Origin: an uncultured virus (IMG/VR IMGVR_UViG_643886092_000009)
Taxonomy: Duplodnaviria; Heunggongvirae; Uroviricota; Caudoviricetes
Strand: one strand, 5' to 3'
Length of the DNA: 57,102 nt
IMG/VR virus record: IMGVR_UViG_643886092_000009
Numbering within the stretch: position 1 is the stretch's first letter; every line of letters begins with the position of its first letter. The translations under genes and the position numbers were made by a program. A model generated the notes under the pieces. That model worked only from the letters and a program-made list of their open reading frames with translations, ran no database searches and was not told where the DNA came from. This document shows positions 56,534-57,102 of this stretch, piece by piece.

Positions 56534-56705
56534 ATTTTATAAACCTGTAGTTCCTGAGTGGGTTGCAAAGATTCTTGAAAAGAAGAAAAGGAATGACCCT
56601 TTAGCCACAATAGGACACTCGAAAGAATGGGAAAACTGGAAGAGAAAGTATCCAAGAAAGTATAAATACGCTATGTTAAACGGTTGGATTGTAGAAGAGA
56701 AATGA
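56520..56705 (+). CDS. Small phage protein, DUF1642-like
   Basis: KPVVPEWVA...AMLNGWIVEE resembles the DUF1642 ends. Confidence 0.5.
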   Translation: MNENEFYKPVVPEWVAKILEKKKRNDPLATIGHSKEWENWKRKYPRKYKYAMLNGWIVEEK

Positions 56706-56714
56706 GGGGTAGCA

Positions 56715-56891
56715 ATGAAAACGAAAAATAATCATGTATTATATACAAAAGAAGACTTTACAAACAAGAGTCCCGAAGAAATGGAAAGTGATACAATAGC
56801 AAACTTAGTATTAGATGGAGGTCTTGCTATTTGTAAAGTATGCGGTGAATTCGAAGCGGGATTAGATAAAGAGTGTAAACCAAAAGAATAA
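56715..56891 (+). CDS. Small Cys-containing protein (58 aa), not in the ORF track
   Basis: MKTKNNHVLY...GLAICKVCGEFEAGLDKECKPKE; RBS gagggg. Confidence 0.7.
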   Translation: MKTKNNHVLYTKEDFTNKSPEEMESDTIANLVLDGGLAICKVCGEFEAGLDKECKPKE

Positions 56892-56907
56892 GAAAGGAGA
56901 CTCTACT

Positions 56908-57102
56908 ATGTATCCGAAAGAATTACTAAAGAAGTATAGTGAGAAAAAGGAAGACTCTACTCAATTATTAAGTATGCAAGGGGTAGTTGAAATAGACAAA
57001 GGTAAAGATAGTTCGGAGTATATGGAAATCGAAACTAGATTAAAAGAGTTAGAAAACGAAATGACTGATATTGCAAAAGTCTTTATTGAAAGCTTTATTT
57101 AA
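56908..57102 (+). CDS. Small hypothetical protein
   Basis: RBS aaggag; ends at the window edge with TAA. Confidence 0.65.
   Translation: MYPKELLKKYSEKKEDSTQLLSMQGVVEIDKGKDSSEYMEIETRLKELENEMTDIAKVFIESFI

Noticed and set aside
1..57102. CRISPR array, tRNA, rRNA, IS/transposase, intron or intein
   Set aside because: No regularly spaced repeats, cloverleafs or transposase motifs were seen; polA and the other enzymes look uninterrupted

Overview
A 57 kb, AT-rich, gene-dense segment in which every credible gene is on the + strand. It most likely comes from a very large extrachromosomal element (jumbo phage or plasmid-prophage) of a Bacillus cereus-group host. This is inferred from the SLH/SH3b amidases, the consensus sigma-A promoters, a family A DNA polymerase and the many orphan genes; no virion, tRNA or CRISPR genes are visible. 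Order of contents: four paralogous unknown genes; a membrane/cell-wall cluster (GH73 hydrolase, C39-like peptidase); a stand-alone C-terminal half of an NAD-dependent DNA ligase; about 10 kb of genes built from tandem C-x4-C-x9-C-x2-H putative zinc fingers, interspersed with a class III Fic AMPylase and a small RelA/SpoT-type synthetase; two secreted amidases; four genes with one to nine sequence-variable HTH repeats fused to PD-(D/E)XK-like nuclease domains; an adenine methyltransferase; a replication region (HolA-like, RepL-like, PolA); and many small paralogous genes. The best candidate for an undescribed system is the pair of modular repeat families: about 71 CCCH fingers in 14 genes, and 16 HTH units with 5 nuclease domains in 4 genes, both present in one fusion protein. 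Non-coding signals include 14 near-identical sigma-A promoters with a conserved spacer, two covarying hairpin-terminators that overlap a promoter, several long hairpins and a strongly strand-biased GGGGTA motif. All family assignments are by eye from motifs; no searches were run.
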